Sequence record: PV400810.1
Reading direction: 5' to 3' (one strand)
Length of the DNA: 64,000 nt
Origin: Pseudomonas phage vB_PaeM_GXNNA8
Positions 19,042 through 29,900 of this stretch are shown piece by piece. Position 1 is the first letter of the stretch. Every line of letters starts with the position of its first letter. A program made the position numbers and the translations under genes. The notes under the pieces are model-generated. The model was given only the letters and a program-made list of their open reading frames with translations, was not told the origin of the DNA and searched no databases.

Positions 19042-19713
19042 CTACCCCTCATGGTCTTGAAATCGGTTAGGCTGAATCATTAGGCGCGAGAGACCCTTCT
19101 TACCCAGCATGAACCATTGGATCTGTAACCCTATCCCTACAAGGTCCTCTTCCGTCAGGATGTCATCCATTACTTCGTACTTGAGGACCTGGTTTCCAGA
19201 ATGGATGCTCCCAATGAGGGCATCACTGTCCCCATTCACTACCGCGGCATACCAATCCGTATCGTTCAGGGTTTCAAAATACTCGTTTTTCGCACTGTAG
19301 TAACGGATAAGGTAACCCGTTTCACCCCGGATGGTCAGTCGAATCGTCCGAGACTCCGCCTCCCAGAAGGTCCCTTCCGCATCCGGTTCCGTAACGACGA
19401 TGTGACTCAGATGCTTTAACCCCCCTACCTCGATCAGTCCAGTGGGTTTAACCTTATTGATCTGATCTTTCAATTGGGTATGGATATCGGCCAACAACTC
19501 GGCATCTACGAGATCCACTCGGTAACTGGAGAATGAGAACCCAGTTGGACTATCTTCAATCCGAGCAATCGTCCCTTCTGCATTCCAGAGGGTAACCTCC
19601 CAGCCTTCACCCTTACGGGTATAATCAAACCGGAAATACAGGTTGTTCTTGATAGCAATAGGGATACCGCGTTGATTGTCCTCCCAATTGATGGCTTTAA
19701 ATAAACGTTTCAT
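19042..19713 (-). CDS. hypothetical protein (223 aa)
   Basis: ORF; RBS AAGGA upstream. Confidence 0.5.
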   Translation of the reverse strand: MKRLFKAINWEDNQRGIPIAIKNNLYFRFDYTRKGEGWEVTLWNAEGTIARIEDSPTGFSFSSYRVDLVDAELLADIHTQLKDQINKVKPTGLIEVGGLKHLSHIVVTEPDAEGTFWEAESRTIRLTIRGETGYLIRYYSAKNEYFETLNDTDWYAAVVNGDSDALIGSIHSGNQVLKYEVMDDILTEEDLVGIGLQIQWFMLGKKGLSRLMIQPNRFQDHEG

Positions 19714-19736
19714 CGCGAACAGTCCTTGGAATAGGG

Positions 19737-19756
19737 AAGGGGTAGTTGCCTACCCC
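19737..19756 (-). terminator. short hairpin (possible partial terminator/attenuator) between the 19766 and 19713 genes
   Basis: aggggtag ttgc ctacccct; no U-tract; only 24 nt from the next start. Confidence 0.3.
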
Positions 19757-19765
19757 TAGGTAAGA

Positions 19766-20140
19766 TTACTCTTGCGGAGGAATGAGGGTGGTACGGTTGT
19801 CGCAGTGTTCCTTGATGAACGACCGGTGGATGGCATAGGTGACCATAACCAAGAACTTCTCGAGATACTCGATGAGGTTCTTTTCGTCAACGCTGGATTT
19901 CGGTATCGAAAAGGTGATACCTTCGGAACGGGCGCGGTAATGCACCAGCAGTTCATCATCACGCTCGACGACGATGTCAGCAACCAACGCGCCCGGCCGC
20001 GCTTTCAGCTTGACCTCGCCGATGTAGAACTCGACGATCGACGCGTTCATCTGGAAGGTAAGGGTTTGGAGCCCGAACATCATCGCTTCGATACGCTGCT
20101 CCATTGGAGTCTCAGCCAAACTCTCTTGGGTGTATTGCAT
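19766..20140 (-). CDS. hypothetical protein (124 aa), GC-richer early-type gene
   Basis: ORF; elevated GC3 relative to neighbours. Confidence 0.45.
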   Translation of the reverse strand: MQYTQESLAETPMEQRIEAMMFGLQTLTFQMNASIVEFYIGEVKLKARPGALVADIVVERDDELLVHYRARSEGITFSIPKSSVDEKNLIEYLEKFLVMVTYAIHRSFIKEHCDNRTTLIPPQE

Positions 20141-20385
20141 TACTTAAGCTCCTTACAGTTGATGGTCAAGGTAACAAGACCTTTGGTGATGGATTTGCGG
20201 GCTTTGAGGTATTCCTTGCCTTGCGAGAAGATGTTGTTCTGCAAGCCGTGATGTTCAACAACCTGGCGCATGGCGGCCGAGCATTGAGTTGAATCATCCA
20301 ACAAGGTGGATGTTGTAGCAACGTTGTCGTTGTTACCCATGCTGAGGATGTTTATGGTGACCAACAGCAGTGCTTTCGCGCTCAT
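20140..20385 (-). CDS. small secreted protein with signal peptide (81 aa)
   Basis: MSAKALLLVTINILSMG N-terminus; overlaps neighbours by 1 to 4 nt. Confidence 0.45.
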   Translation of the reverse strand: MSAKALLLVTINILSMGNNDNVATTSTLLDDSTQCSAAMRQVVEHHGLQNNIFSQGKEYLKARKSITKGLVTLTINCKELK

Positions 20386-21173
20386 GGTAGTAACCTGTGT
20401 GCTCTGAGCGAGGGGTGCTCTTCCAGCATCCTTTCTCGCATGGGGTCAATGAAATCATGAAGAACCTCAATCAACCGACCACGGCTGAGGTCGGCAGTCC
20501 CGAAAGGTTCCTTGCGCAGCTTGCCGTGAGGGTTGGTACCAAACAACGCCAACGGCTTGCTCTCTTCGGTCTGCGGGGTAACCACATGTTCACGTAAAGC
20601 GAACTCCCAACTGTCGTCCGTCCAATGCACTGCGAGGGTGTAAGGGGGGCTCTCAAAGTCCCACTTGACGCTAACCCTACCTGGCAGAATCAGTGGACTG
20701 AGGATGTCCTTGATACGCTTGGCGACGATCAGCAACTCTTCCTCGAACAATACCTCGCCAGAGAGACCTGTTTCGAAGTCGATGGTCGGCGCAAGATTCA
20801 CCCGTGCAGGTGCGTTCTCAACTGCAATTTTGTAAGCGCCGAGGAGACGAATAGCGTCGGTCGAGTTGAACAGCTGCTCGTTGCGCAGGTTAATGTCCAA
20901 GCCCAGTCGGCCTTCATCGTCCGGTTCACTCACACCGATGGAGGCGATGTAGGTACTGCCGCATGCCGTGATCTTGTAAACCTCCATCGATTTACCACGG
21001 TTGATAGTATTATCGAGAATGAACCCCGATTGACGTTGCGGGGTTGCTTCGGTGGCCAGGTGTACTTCGCCGCGCAAGTAGACCGGTGGGGTCTTACGCG
21101 GATCGTTGGTGTTGGCTAGGACCAGCCATTCTTTCAGGAAAGAAGCGAGGGTGTGCAGGTCAGTAGTTTTCAT
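20382..21173 (-). CDS. hypothetical protein (263 aa)
   Basis: ORF; first gene after a promoter-like motif. Confidence 0.5.
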   Translation of the reverse strand: MKTTDLHTLASFLKEWLVLANTNDPRKTPPVYLRGEVHLATEATPQRQSGFILDNTINRGKSMEVYKITACGSTYIASIGVSEPDDEGRLGLDINLRNEQLFNSTDAIRLLGAYKIAVENAPARVNLAPTIDFETGLSGEVLFEEELLIVAKRIKDILSPLILPGRVSVKWDFESPPYTLAVHWTDDSWEFALREHVVTPQTEESKPLALFGTNPHGKLRKEPFGTADLSRGRLIEVLHDFIDPMRERMLEEHPSLRAHRLLP

Positions 21174-21225
21174 TTATACATGGGGTCCTTTCAACGTGGT
21201 AGATGAGGATAAAGAATGCGTAAGC

Positions 21226-21262
21226 CTGCTGTAATACTACCAATGATGTACTGGCCTTCAAC
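21226..21262 (-). promoter_or_regulatory. promoter-like motif variant (minus strand CCAGTACATCATTGGTAGTATTACAGCAGG)
   Basis: shares TACATCATTGG and TATTAC with the other motif copies; about 60 nt upstream of the 21173 start and downstream of a terminator. Confidence 0.35.
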
Positions 21263-21277
21263 CCCCGCACTCCTTAA

Positions 21278-21327
21278 ATCAAAAAATAGTCCCTATAAAG
21301 CTAGTGGTCCTAACGGCCACTAGCTTT
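21278..21327 (-). terminator. rho-independent terminator downstream of 21341..21781
   Basis: 11-bp stem aaagctagtgg/ccactagcttt followed on the minus strand by TATTTTTTGATTT. Confidence 0.6.
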
Positions 21328-21340
21328 ATTGAAGGAATGC

Positions 21341-21781
21341 TTACTCGAACAGCTTGGCGGCCTGTTCCTGGCTGGCCGTACGTTGGGTTTCCAACCAAAC
21401 GGCTTGTTCTTCGGTATGCGTGTAATCGACTGCGGTGGTGCTTTGCCCCCACAGATAATCTTCACCCACTTTCTGTTTCAGGTGATGCTGGGAATTGATG
21501 TTCAACCCCCCGAGGTTCAGGGTACCGTCGACGGTGGTCAGTTCCTTGTTGTTTTCGAATTGACTCCGGGCGATCTGGGAGGTGGCTGTTTCAACCTGCG
21601 CGCTGATATCGTTGAAGAAATTGACATGCTGGAGAATGCTGTCTTGGGTAACACCCTTAGGCAGTTCCACCTTCTCCGAATCGAACGTGATGTGGTTGGT
21701 GGCCTTATTGTAGTCGTGCGCGTCTACCAGACCTTTAACGCCCTTTTCCATCCATTCGCCGTATTCTTTATTGATCGACAT
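21341..21781 (-). CDS. hypothetical protein (146 aa), monocistronic early-type gene
   Basis: flanked by a promoter motif upstream and a terminator downstream. Confidence 0.5.
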   Translation of the reverse strand: MSINKEYGEWMEKGVKGLVDAHDYNKATNHITFDSEKVELPKGVTQDSILQHVNFFNDISAQVETATSQIARSQFENNKELTTVDGTLNLGGLNINSQHHLKQKVGEDYLWGQSTTAVDYTHTEEQAVWLETQRTASQEQAAKLFE

Positions 21782-21871
21782 AACAACCTCTTACTGTCCA
21801 AAAGTGGTGGTGTGACGACACCAAGACAAAGCAAGGGAAGTGGTGTACTGCCCTCGTCAGGTAGGTCCTGA

Positions 21872-21905
21872 TGTCGCTCACCCAAGTAATATAGACCTGA
21901 AATCT
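21872..21905 (-). promoter_or_regulatory. early-promoter-like motif (minus strand AGATTTCAGGTCTATATTACTTGGGTG)
   Basis: exact TATATTAC core; about 100 nt upstream of the 21781 start. Confidence 0.5.
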
Positions 21906-21920
21906 TTTGGGCGAAACCCC

Positions 21921-22589
21921 TTACTGCTTGCAGGGTTGGTGCAGGAAGTTCTCCAACACATCCAACGGGGTTTGTTGGAAATCAACCGATCCGCTCTCGA
22001 AGTAAGTTTCTGCTTCCTTCAGCAGGTTCTCAAAGAACTCATCTGTAAACCCATTGTTACCGATCAACTCACTCAGGCTACTGGTGAGGTCAGGGTAGTC
22101 CTCTTCCGGGACACCCGGTTCATCCACACGGTACCCCAGGTAGTTAATCAGGATACGGGCACGATCCCGGGGTTTGTCTTCATCGGTCAGGATATACTCC
22201 ACCAGGGTTTTATCAACTCCCAATACACGGGTGGCAACCAATTCGAACAACTGTTCGGAACTGTTCACTTCCATGGTACAAATCTTGTCCACAGTGGCTT
22301 TGGTCAGGACATGTTCATGGGTCAGAGTATGTTTGGACCACATGCCCGGCAGTACCCCCACGGTGTTCATATACAACTTAGCCAGCTTCGCCACATAGAT
22401 CCGGACCGCATCGGTTTTCTGAGTGGAAGTAAACACGCCTTTGATGAAATGGATGTCTGTATCAGCATTCTTGGAACGTTCCCATTCCTTCTGGGCGGTT
22501 TCCCACAATACCTGGAGAACATTAAACCCTCCCTTCACCTCACGCAGATGAAGAACCAGGGTTTGGAAATTAAGCTTTTCAATCAACAT
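21921..22589 (-). CDS. hypothetical protein (222 aa)
   Basis: ORF; RBS GAAGGAA. Confidence 0.5.
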   Translation of the reverse strand: MLIEKLNFQTLVLHLREVKGGFNVLQVLWETAQKEWERSKNADTDIHFIKGVFTSTQKTDAVRIYVAKLAKLYMNTVGVLPGMWSKHTLTHEHVLTKATVDKICTMEVNSSEQLFELVATRVLGVDKTLVEYILTDEDKPRDRARILINYLGYRVDEPGVPEEDYPDLTSSLSELIGNNGFTDEFFENLLKEAETYFESGSVDFQQTPLDVLENFLHQPCKQ

Positions 22590-22639
22590 AAGGAAATTCC
22601 TTCTGGTTTAGATAGATAGCCGCAACGGACTATAAGAAT

Positions 22640-22692
22640 AAACAAACAGCTAAAATTAATAACCTAGCCTTGGGGTCTACCCCAAGGCTAGG
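22640..22692 (-). terminator. rho-independent terminator downstream of 22708..23571
   Basis: 13-bp stem cctagccttgggg/ccccaaggctagg followed by a T-rich run on the minus strand. Confidence 0.55.
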
Positions 22693-22707
22693 TGTGCTGG
22701 CTCAGGC

Positions 22708-23571
22708 TTACCGGAACACATCCAACGAACTGGACACAATCAACCGTGCGGGTTTGGATTGAGCAGGCGTTCGTCTACGGAGATCATCCAGCATTTCCTG
22801 TACTCGAACAAAGCTTTCTGTACCCGCATAACGTTCCGCCACTTCAGGTGAACGCATCTTCTGATCACAGATGAAGAAGAGCTCTTCCATGGTCGTGGTG
22901 AACTCCATTTCCCCACCCTCAGCGGAATAGTCGTCCAGAAGGCTCTCCAAGCCCGCTGTGAGGTGTTTACAGGCACGGAGTATACCCTGCTCTATGACAG
23001 CGTCATACGTGCTCCAGTAGTCCACCTCGCGCGTTTTATCGCCAAAGTTCTGAGGCTTGGTTACCGTACGGATACTAAACGCCGTATTAATATCCGGATT
23101 ATCCAGACTTTCTTGCAGCAGTTGTTTATGGTGTGGGTTCTTCGCCCACGGAATCACTTCAATGTCGTTGTAAACCGGATCATTCGGTCCACCCGTAAAG
23201 ATCCAATGAACTTTACGAATATGACCACAGACATTATCAAAATCAATGGTCCGAAGACGGTTAATCCATTCGAAGAGATCCGTGATCTGCTTGCGAACCA
23301 CTTCCCCATTGACCAAGATCTTGTAATACTGGGGTGGATGACCGATTTCACAATACATCTGACCTTCGTTCACCCGACGGTCAAAATCACTGCCTGGACG
23401 GGCACACTCACGAATGTAGTCATTCACACGATAGGTAATACCGGAACGGTTAGGGATATTGAACCCCCCCGCATTGATCCGGTAGTACCCCGAACTGTCC
23501 ATGGGTTTGAGAATACCCCGTTTACCACTGTTCGCCAGCAGGGTATTCTCAAAGGTTAAAGTATTACTCAT
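22708..23571 (-). CDS. hypothetical protein (287 aa)
   Basis: ORF. Confidence 0.5.
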   Translation of the reverse strand: MSNTLTFENTLLANSGKRGILKPMDSSGYYRINAGGFNIPNRSGITYRVNDYIRECARPGSDFDRRVNEGQMYCEIGHPPQYYKILVNGEVVRKQITDLFEWINRLRTIDFDNVCGHIRKVHWIFTGGPNDPVYNDIEVIPWAKNPHHKQLLQESLDNPDINTAFSIRTVTKPQNFGDKTREVDYWSTYDAVIEQGILRACKHLTAGLESLLDDYSAEGGEMEFTTTMEELFFICDQKMRSPEVAERYAGTESFVRVQEMLDDLRRRTPAQSKPARLIVSSSLDVFR

Positions 23572-24292
23572 CTGGGACCCCTTTAACGATCATTTCCAGA
23601 TCGGTTACTTTGGTGTCTTGCTTGATAATAGCAGCCACCGTGTTGTCTTGGAGGAAACCTCCGGTGAGTTTCAAGTAGGTGCCGTCAATCAGCATCGAGC
23701 TGTTATTCAACCCTACCCATACCGGAGGGCGACCGTCTAGCATGGCTTGACTGTTACGATACGGATTATCCAGGTTATCCGGATCCCGCATCATAACAGA
23801 ATTAAAGATCCGCATGTGTTGCGGCGTATCACCGACTTCACTGCCTGATTGTATCTTGGCGTTATCAAACAAGGAAGTGACATCATTGTCTGATAAGTAC
23901 CAAGGAATCTTCGCGTAGAGGTCAAACTCAGTGAAATAGAAGTAGGGCTTATTGGGGTCTTGGATATACCGAAGGTTCTCAATAAGGGTATCCCCTTCTT
24001 CAAACTCCAGGATAAGGTACTGAACACCATCAATACCCGTCTCCCGAACGTTCATAGGGGCCATTGTGACATCCGTCAACGCCACCCAAGGGGAGTAACA
24101 CTCCCCCGGAATGACAACACCCGCCACTAACGTAGTGGTCACTTTATCCCCAATAAACGCTAACCCATGTTCAGTAAAACGTTTGGGAATATGAACTTCC
24201 AAAGGACGATTCGCAGTGACACTGTGATCGTCGTGGAGGGTGTACGCCTTACGGATCTTACTTCGGTCTCGTACGAGAGAAGTAACGTCCAT
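23564..24292 (-). CDS. hypothetical protein (242 aa)
   Basis: ORF; 8-nt overlap with the downstream gene. Confidence 0.5.
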   Translation of the reverse strand: MDVTSLVRDRSKIRKAYTLHDDHSVTANRPLEVHIPKRFTEHGLAFIGDKVTTTLVAGVVIPGECYSPWVALTDVTMAPMNVRETGIDGVQYLILEFEEGDTLIENLRYIQDPNKPYFYFTEFDLYAKIPWYLSDNDVTSLFDNAKIQSGSEVGDTPQHMRIFNSVMMRDPDNLDNPYRNSQAMLDGRPPVWVGLNNSSMLIDGTYLKLTGGFLQDNTVAAIIKQDTKVTDLEMIVKGVPDE

Positions 24293-24295
24293 TCA

Positions 24296-25846
24296 TTAAA
24301 CTCCCAGCAGTTCACCTACCAGCAGTTCGATCAACGCCCCATGGAGGCGTTCACGCTTGCTGTTGAGGTTGTCTTCCTCACCGAGCTTAACAAAGGTCAG
24401 TTCAATGATCTCCGCAGCCAGTTCACACCCCAACAACTTCAAGAAGTTAGGGACGAGTTTGGTTTGGAAGATGACCTCTTTCGCCCGTTGAGCCTCAATC
24501 TCCATGCTCACAGGTTCAACGCCACTGCTCTTGCGGACATCATTCTCGTAGAGGGTGTAGAGAACGTCCAGGTCACCGCTCAGGTTCTCTTCAATGAGGG
24601 TACGGACCGAAGACCCTTCTGCATCCAAATGCTCATACAACGCCGCCCGAGCTTCTTCCCGTTCATTCAGGAACTGAACAATAGCCCCAACACTGTTGTT
24701 AATGAAATGTTTACGGGCATCTTGGTTCAGTGGACGGTGAATACCCTCGAAGTAGTCAGCCGTCAAGTTTTTAACCAGGTCAGGGTTATTGATGAGGTCC
24801 AGGAAGCCATTCGGACGACCAGTGAGACGCCCATAGATCGAGGCGATCACACAGTCGTTCAAACTCCCCCCATTACCCGTTACCGTCTTGAGGACCTCAT
24901 CGCTGTAATACACGACGACATTACCACTCAATCCCTTAACGGTAACGTCCAGGGCATCAACCGGTTTAAAGTCCACCAACTTAGAGGCTTCAGCCTCGTA
25001 GATGGCCGCTTTACGGTTACGGTAGAGTTGAACCGTGTTCTTCAACGCAATGAGGTAATGGGTCATCCCATTCCACAACAGGTTGATATACGCCCGGTAA
25101 TCCTCCAGCGACCCCTTAACCAGGAACGCCGGGTCTTCCTGACTGTACATCTTCGTCAAGATCACGTAGGTCTTCAGCAGCAGGTTAAGACGTACCGATT
25201 TCACACGCGTAAAGTCAAAGGTCGCCTCACCCTTGTAGTGGAAAAGGGATTTGAGATCGGCCAGCATCGTAATCGCGTAGAACGCGTACACGATATCTTC
25301 GAGTTTGGAATCCAGGATGGCATTAATCTCTGGGTGAGACGTGGCCACATAATCCCGGATCTCCTGTTCCGTTGCGAATTCAAACTCCAACCGTTTCAGA
25401 ACATCCAGACCCACACTATCAAACGATAGTGCCTTGTTCTTGACTTCAGTGGGATAAATAGCCGAGTCAAAGAACGGATCCGAGACATTGATGTACGTGA
25501 TATTGAAATGACGCAACGACGCCCAGTTCAGATCACTTCGGCTGTACAACAGACCCACTTTCTCCTGGACGGCGTCCGCCATCGGGACGCCGTAGGACTT
25601 CACCATCTCGAACGCACCGCGGATGGTCTCAGCGGCTTTGTCACTCCCCGCCTCAATCGCTGCCGAATGCTCCGTGATCTCGGAAGTCACTTCAACCACC
25701 TTATCCCGGAAGTCCTCCTCGTACGGGAACGCCCCATAACTCAGGGTATTCAACCCCTGAAGGATCGGGGTGGATGGGACTACAGTGCCTTCAGGGAGCG
25801 CGACGGCGATGTTCTCTGCCAACGCCAGGCTGTCCTTACTGATCAT
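24296..25846 (-). CDS. hypothetical protein (516 aa)
   Basis: ORF. Confidence 0.55.
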   Translation of the reverse strand: MISKDSLALAENIAVALPEGTVVPSTPILQGLNTLSYGAFPYEEDFRDKVVEVTSEITEHSAAIEAGSDKAAETIRGAFEMVKSYGVPMADAVQEKVGLLYSRSDLNWASLRHFNITYINVSDPFFDSAIYPTEVKNKALSFDSVGLDVLKRLEFEFATEQEIRDYVATSHPEINAILDSKLEDIVYAFYAITMLADLKSLFHYKGEATFDFTRVKSVRLNLLLKTYVILTKMYSQEDPAFLVKGSLEDYRAYINLLWNGMTHYLIALKNTVQLYRNRKAAIYEAEASKLVDFKPVDALDVTVKGLSGNVVVYYSDEVLKTVTGNGGSLNDCVIASIYGRLTGRPNGFLDLINNPDLVKNLTADYFEGIHRPLNQDARKHFINNSVGAIVQFLNEREEARAALYEHLDAEGSSVRTLIEENLSGDLDVLYTLYENDVRKSSGVEPVSMEIEAQRAKEVIFQTKLVPNFLKLLGCELAAEIIELTFVKLGEEDNLNSKRERLHGALIELLVGELLGV

Positions 25847-26019
25847 TGGTTCGCTCCTTGTTTAACAACACGCTTCGTGAGGGCCTTGCTGATCTTCTCA
25901 GCCTGAATACTGGGATCCAGCGGCGCAATGTACTCCAGTCCTACCTTACGGATCGTCTGTTTAACGAACTCCGCGGTATTCGCCAGTGCAATGACATTGT
26001 TGATTAGTTCTGCTTTCAC
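25843..26019 (-). CDS. small hypothetical protein (58 aa, GTG start) coupled by ATGA overlap to the 516-aa gene
   Basis: GTG at 26019 with AGGAGAG 6 nt upstream; its TGA overlaps the downstream ATG. Confidence 0.3.
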   Translation of the reverse strand: MKAELINNVIALANTAEFVKQTIRKVGLEYIAPLDPSIQAEKISKALTKRVVKQGANQ

Positions 26020-26050
26020 AGGGAAACTCTCCTACGGAAAAGAAGGTGAA

Positions 26051-26929
26051 TCAATACGAAATAACGTGACGATTTTCAGGCAACAGACCTTTGTAATACG
26101 TGGTGTACAATGTAGAAGAAATTTCACCCAGGGTGATCTTACCATCCTTATCTACATCGAACCCCTTGTTCTGGAGATACGCTTTACTCCCCTGAAGGAA
26201 GAGGACTTCATCCGCCTTCTTACCTACTGAGGCCGGATGGAAGATCGTCAGATAGAAATCTTCCAACTGGGTATACCGCTTACCCCGTTTCATCCACATT
26301 TCGAAGTACTTGAAGACCAGATCCAATTGAGTCAACTGATCCATGGATCGAATCACACTCAACGGAACATTCAAATCATTGGCGGCTGGACTCATGAATT
26401 GAATCAACCCGTACGCTTCAGAACCTGCCGCATTCTTAATAGATGGACTGAATGTCTGACCGGTCTCAAAAGCCATACAGGACATCAGCCAATGAGGCGC
26501 TCGGTGATTCGGTACATGAACACCGCACCAATCCTTCACTTTCGCCGTAAAGGCAGGACTGACTTTACCGCTCCACGCAATGTCGTAGGTCGGCGTGCGG
26601 TAACGCTCCTTGTACACCTCGAATGCCTTATCCAAGCCACTCAAGGTCCCATTCCCCCAAATACCATCCACAGTCAGGGAATAGAGACCCAAGAAGGCCA
26701 GATTACGCTGGAGCGCTGTAATGACGTTATAACCACTGGCATCCGAGGTGGTGGGGAGACCGATACCTCCGGTATTCTTACCCACCACCTCGGCATACCC
26801 CCGGAGCAGGGTTTCAGTGGAGGAGGAAGTTCCCTTCCCCCACACACCGTCAATCTGCCCGGTATAAAGACCCAGTTCCTTGACCAATGCTTGCAGGTCT
26901 CGGTAACCGTTCTTCGTCCGGAAGTTCAT
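26051..26929 (-). CDS. endolysin: two peptidoglycan-binding repeats plus C-terminal lytic transglycosylase/lysozyme-like domain (phiKZ gp144-like architecture)
   Basis: repeats ...DGVWGKGT... and ...DGIWGNGT... (PG_binding_1-like); catalytic region AFETGQTFSPS...GSEAYGLIQFM matches the E...GLxQ lytic transglycosylase motif. Confidence 0.7.
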   Translation of the reverse strand: MNFRTKNGYRDLQALVKELGLYTGQIDGVWGKGTSSSTETLLRGYAEVVGKNTGGIGLPTTSDASGYNVITALQRNLAFLGLYSLTVDGIWGNGTLSGLDKAFEVYKERYRTPTYDIAWSGKVSPAFTAKVKDWCGVHVPNHRAPHWLMSCMAFETGQTFSPSIKNAAGSEAYGLIQFMSPAANDLNVPLSVIRSMDQLTQLDLVFKYFEMWMKRGKRYTQLEDFYLTIFHPASVGKKADEVLFLQGSKAYLQNKGFDVDKDGKITLGEISSTLYTTYYKGLLPENRHVISY

Positions 26930-26931
26930 CG

Positions 26932-29900
26932 TTATTTACCTCTGTAGAGTTTAATGGCTTGGCGAGTGATCTGGAAACCATACTCATTAGCAACCAGCTT
27001 GTTCCTCAAACTGAGTACCATTCGGTTAAACATCCCTTTAAAGCTCGACTTCACATCAATTACAATCCCACTGGCAGTCTTAAGCGGTCTTTCCATGATA
27101 CGACCCACAGTGGCTTTCATCTGGTTCCCAATGACATACTTATCCGCATTGGTACTCGGGTCTAACGACTCGATGTAGAACGTAATGAATGCCTTACCTG
27201 GACCTAACATGGGACGATTAAGATTGAACATCGTGGAAATGGCATTGTTCTCGACACCGGTTCCTTCCACCAACCCTTTCCGTTTCGTTTCCTTATCCTT
27301 CTGAACAATGAACGAACGGAACGAGTCAGACATCTTGTCTAAGGGAGAGTTGTACCGAACATCGATGTGTACGATCTTTCCATGATGCTTCGAACGGATC
27401 TGTTTGATACCGAGTTTGTTGATGTCTGCTTCGAGCTCAGGAAGCTCCTCGCCCTCCACCAAGTGAGGCTCTTCGATATCACATAAAATCGTGTCCTGTT
27501 CGACGTAATCTCCTACCTTAACCCGCATCACCAGGTTGTTTGACACGTCCTCGGCAAACCGACTGGGTTTAATGAATGGGGTACGTGCTTCCATGGCCAA
27601 TTCTTTCGAAATTGCAATAGAGTCCTCGTACACATCCTGGTCTTCCACCATAACGATCTGGCACATCTTACCCATCTTAACCCCGACCTGCCCTGGGCAG
27701 AAGGGGTCTCGACCGAACCAGTTTTCATCCCAGCCGATGACATCTCCCTTACGGAAGGTATCTCCGACCTTCAGATCCGTGGTACGGTTATGAGGATGGT
27801 ATTCCCCACTGGCTTCTCCAATCACCAACCCCAAGGGGTACGAGTCCGTTGTTCCATCCTTGTATTCGACGAGTAAGCGATCGTTCTCCACTTTAGTGAC
27901 CTTACCATCTTCAGCGGCTACTTTGCTGTAAAGATCGGAGGTCCGGTGGGCCAGTACGTTCTCGTAACCCGTTCTCAGGGTAACGATCTCGTAGTTCTTA
28001 GCCATCACTGCTTGAGAGGCCTGAGTCGATGTGAATACTGCTCGCTTCACATCGTCATGCGTTCCACCGTACATCAGGTTCATGGTAACCGAACCGTCAC
28101 CGGTAGGGGTACGTTTGTTCTTGGGATCAACATTGCCTCGGAAATCAGCGATACCCGGATCAGAGGTGGTGTAGGTCACATACCCCACTTTACCACTGTC
28201 CTTGTTGGCTTCACTGATGACCCCTTTGTAACTCTCCAGCTGAGTCCGTGCGCGTTTGACCATGGTGATTTCACTACGACCACCTGTTCCACCAAACGTC
28301 ACTTCCTCTTGGTCCTTCACTTGGTGAACCGGATTCACTTCTTCCACCAAGTTCGTAGACCGGTCAGTACCAATGGCAATAATAACCGCATCCGGGTTAA
28401 AGTCCAGTTTGTGTTTACGCCCTTTCCCTTTATTCCGGTATTGACGAATGGACTTTACAAATTCCGTGTAGAGATGACCTGCGAAGCGTTCATACCCTAC
28501 AATGCGCTGCTCTTCAATCTCCACCTCGTGCCGACTGTAATCCGTTTCCAATGCCTTAGCTGCATCAATCAGCAAGTAATGGAAGTCTTCAGACAGCTTC
28601 ATCTCTTTCAAAAGGTCTTTCGTAATGGGATCAATAAAGAGATCGAAGAGGTTCTTCATTTCCTGGAACTGAGATGGACGAACCCGAGGGTCTCCCATCA
28701 ACGCACTCCAGATACTGTTATTATTCAAATCACTCCGACTGAAGTTACTGATGTTGTTCAACTTCGGCATTCCACCAAAGATCAACGTGGTGAGCTTCTC
28801 CCGACGGTTAAAGATCAAGTATTCGTCATTGAACTGAATCGCGTATTCATCCTCCGTCAATTTAGGGCGAGTCCCTACGGGTACCGAACGCGTCGTGGCT
28901 TTAATCACCCGCAACAGTTCATCAATACCGAAGTAGAAGCACAGGACCACTCCCAACGGAAACGAATACCCGCTGATGTTAATCACCACGTGTTCCAAAG
29001 GCGCTTTACGAACATCAATACCGAGCAAGTCTTCAACAGTACCGAGTTCCTCTTCCCCTTTGTACAGGTTACCGTAATCATCAATGATCAAAGGTAATCC
29101 GTCCTTTACCCCAATCAAGAACCGATCAGGGCGGGTATAGGCTTTGAACTCAGGGTGGAGTTCCAGGAGATCCTTCAACCGGAAGTCCAATACCAACCCG
29201 TCGACAGTAATGTACTTGTACTGACGGGCCAGAATGCTGTAAATCCGAGGGGCTTTAAGGGAGCGATCCCAAGTACTGCCTTTAGTGACCGTATACCCTT
29301 TCCGTTTACTCTGGAGGGAGATTTGCTTCACCATGAACGTAGAGAGGTTATCCACCATCTTCGGACTACGACTCACCATGAGCTTACGGTCATAATAGCT
29401 CGACAGCACCACTTCCCGGGGACTGATCTTCCGGAAGGGTTTCTCCCGACGTTGCAGTTGCATGTGTTGCTTAACACCATCAATGACGTAGGTGCCGTCT
29501 TTCAGCACCGTAGGCAGCCGAGTATGTACAGTGACCTGATCACCATTGACTTCGTGCAACTGAATGCTGTGGACCTCGTAACTGCCTTCTACGCTGACGA
29601 CCTTCTCACGCCGGTAGTCGTTCATCGCAAAGCCAGCGTTCTGAAGACCCAACACCATTCGACCAATATCCCGGTGTAAAAACTTCTGAGGATATTCGAT
29701 CTTGAGGGATTTGGCACGACTCCGCAACATGCTCTCATCCAGTACGGGGAGAAACTCACCTTCAATCTCTCCACCCAGGTCTTTAACCTCTTCGGGTTTA
29801 ATCTGAATGAACTCTTCGAACGTTTGACCGTTCTCCATTTCAATGTGTTGATAACGGGTCGCTTTACGCATGAAGAAATCATGTTCAGCTACCGTCAGCG

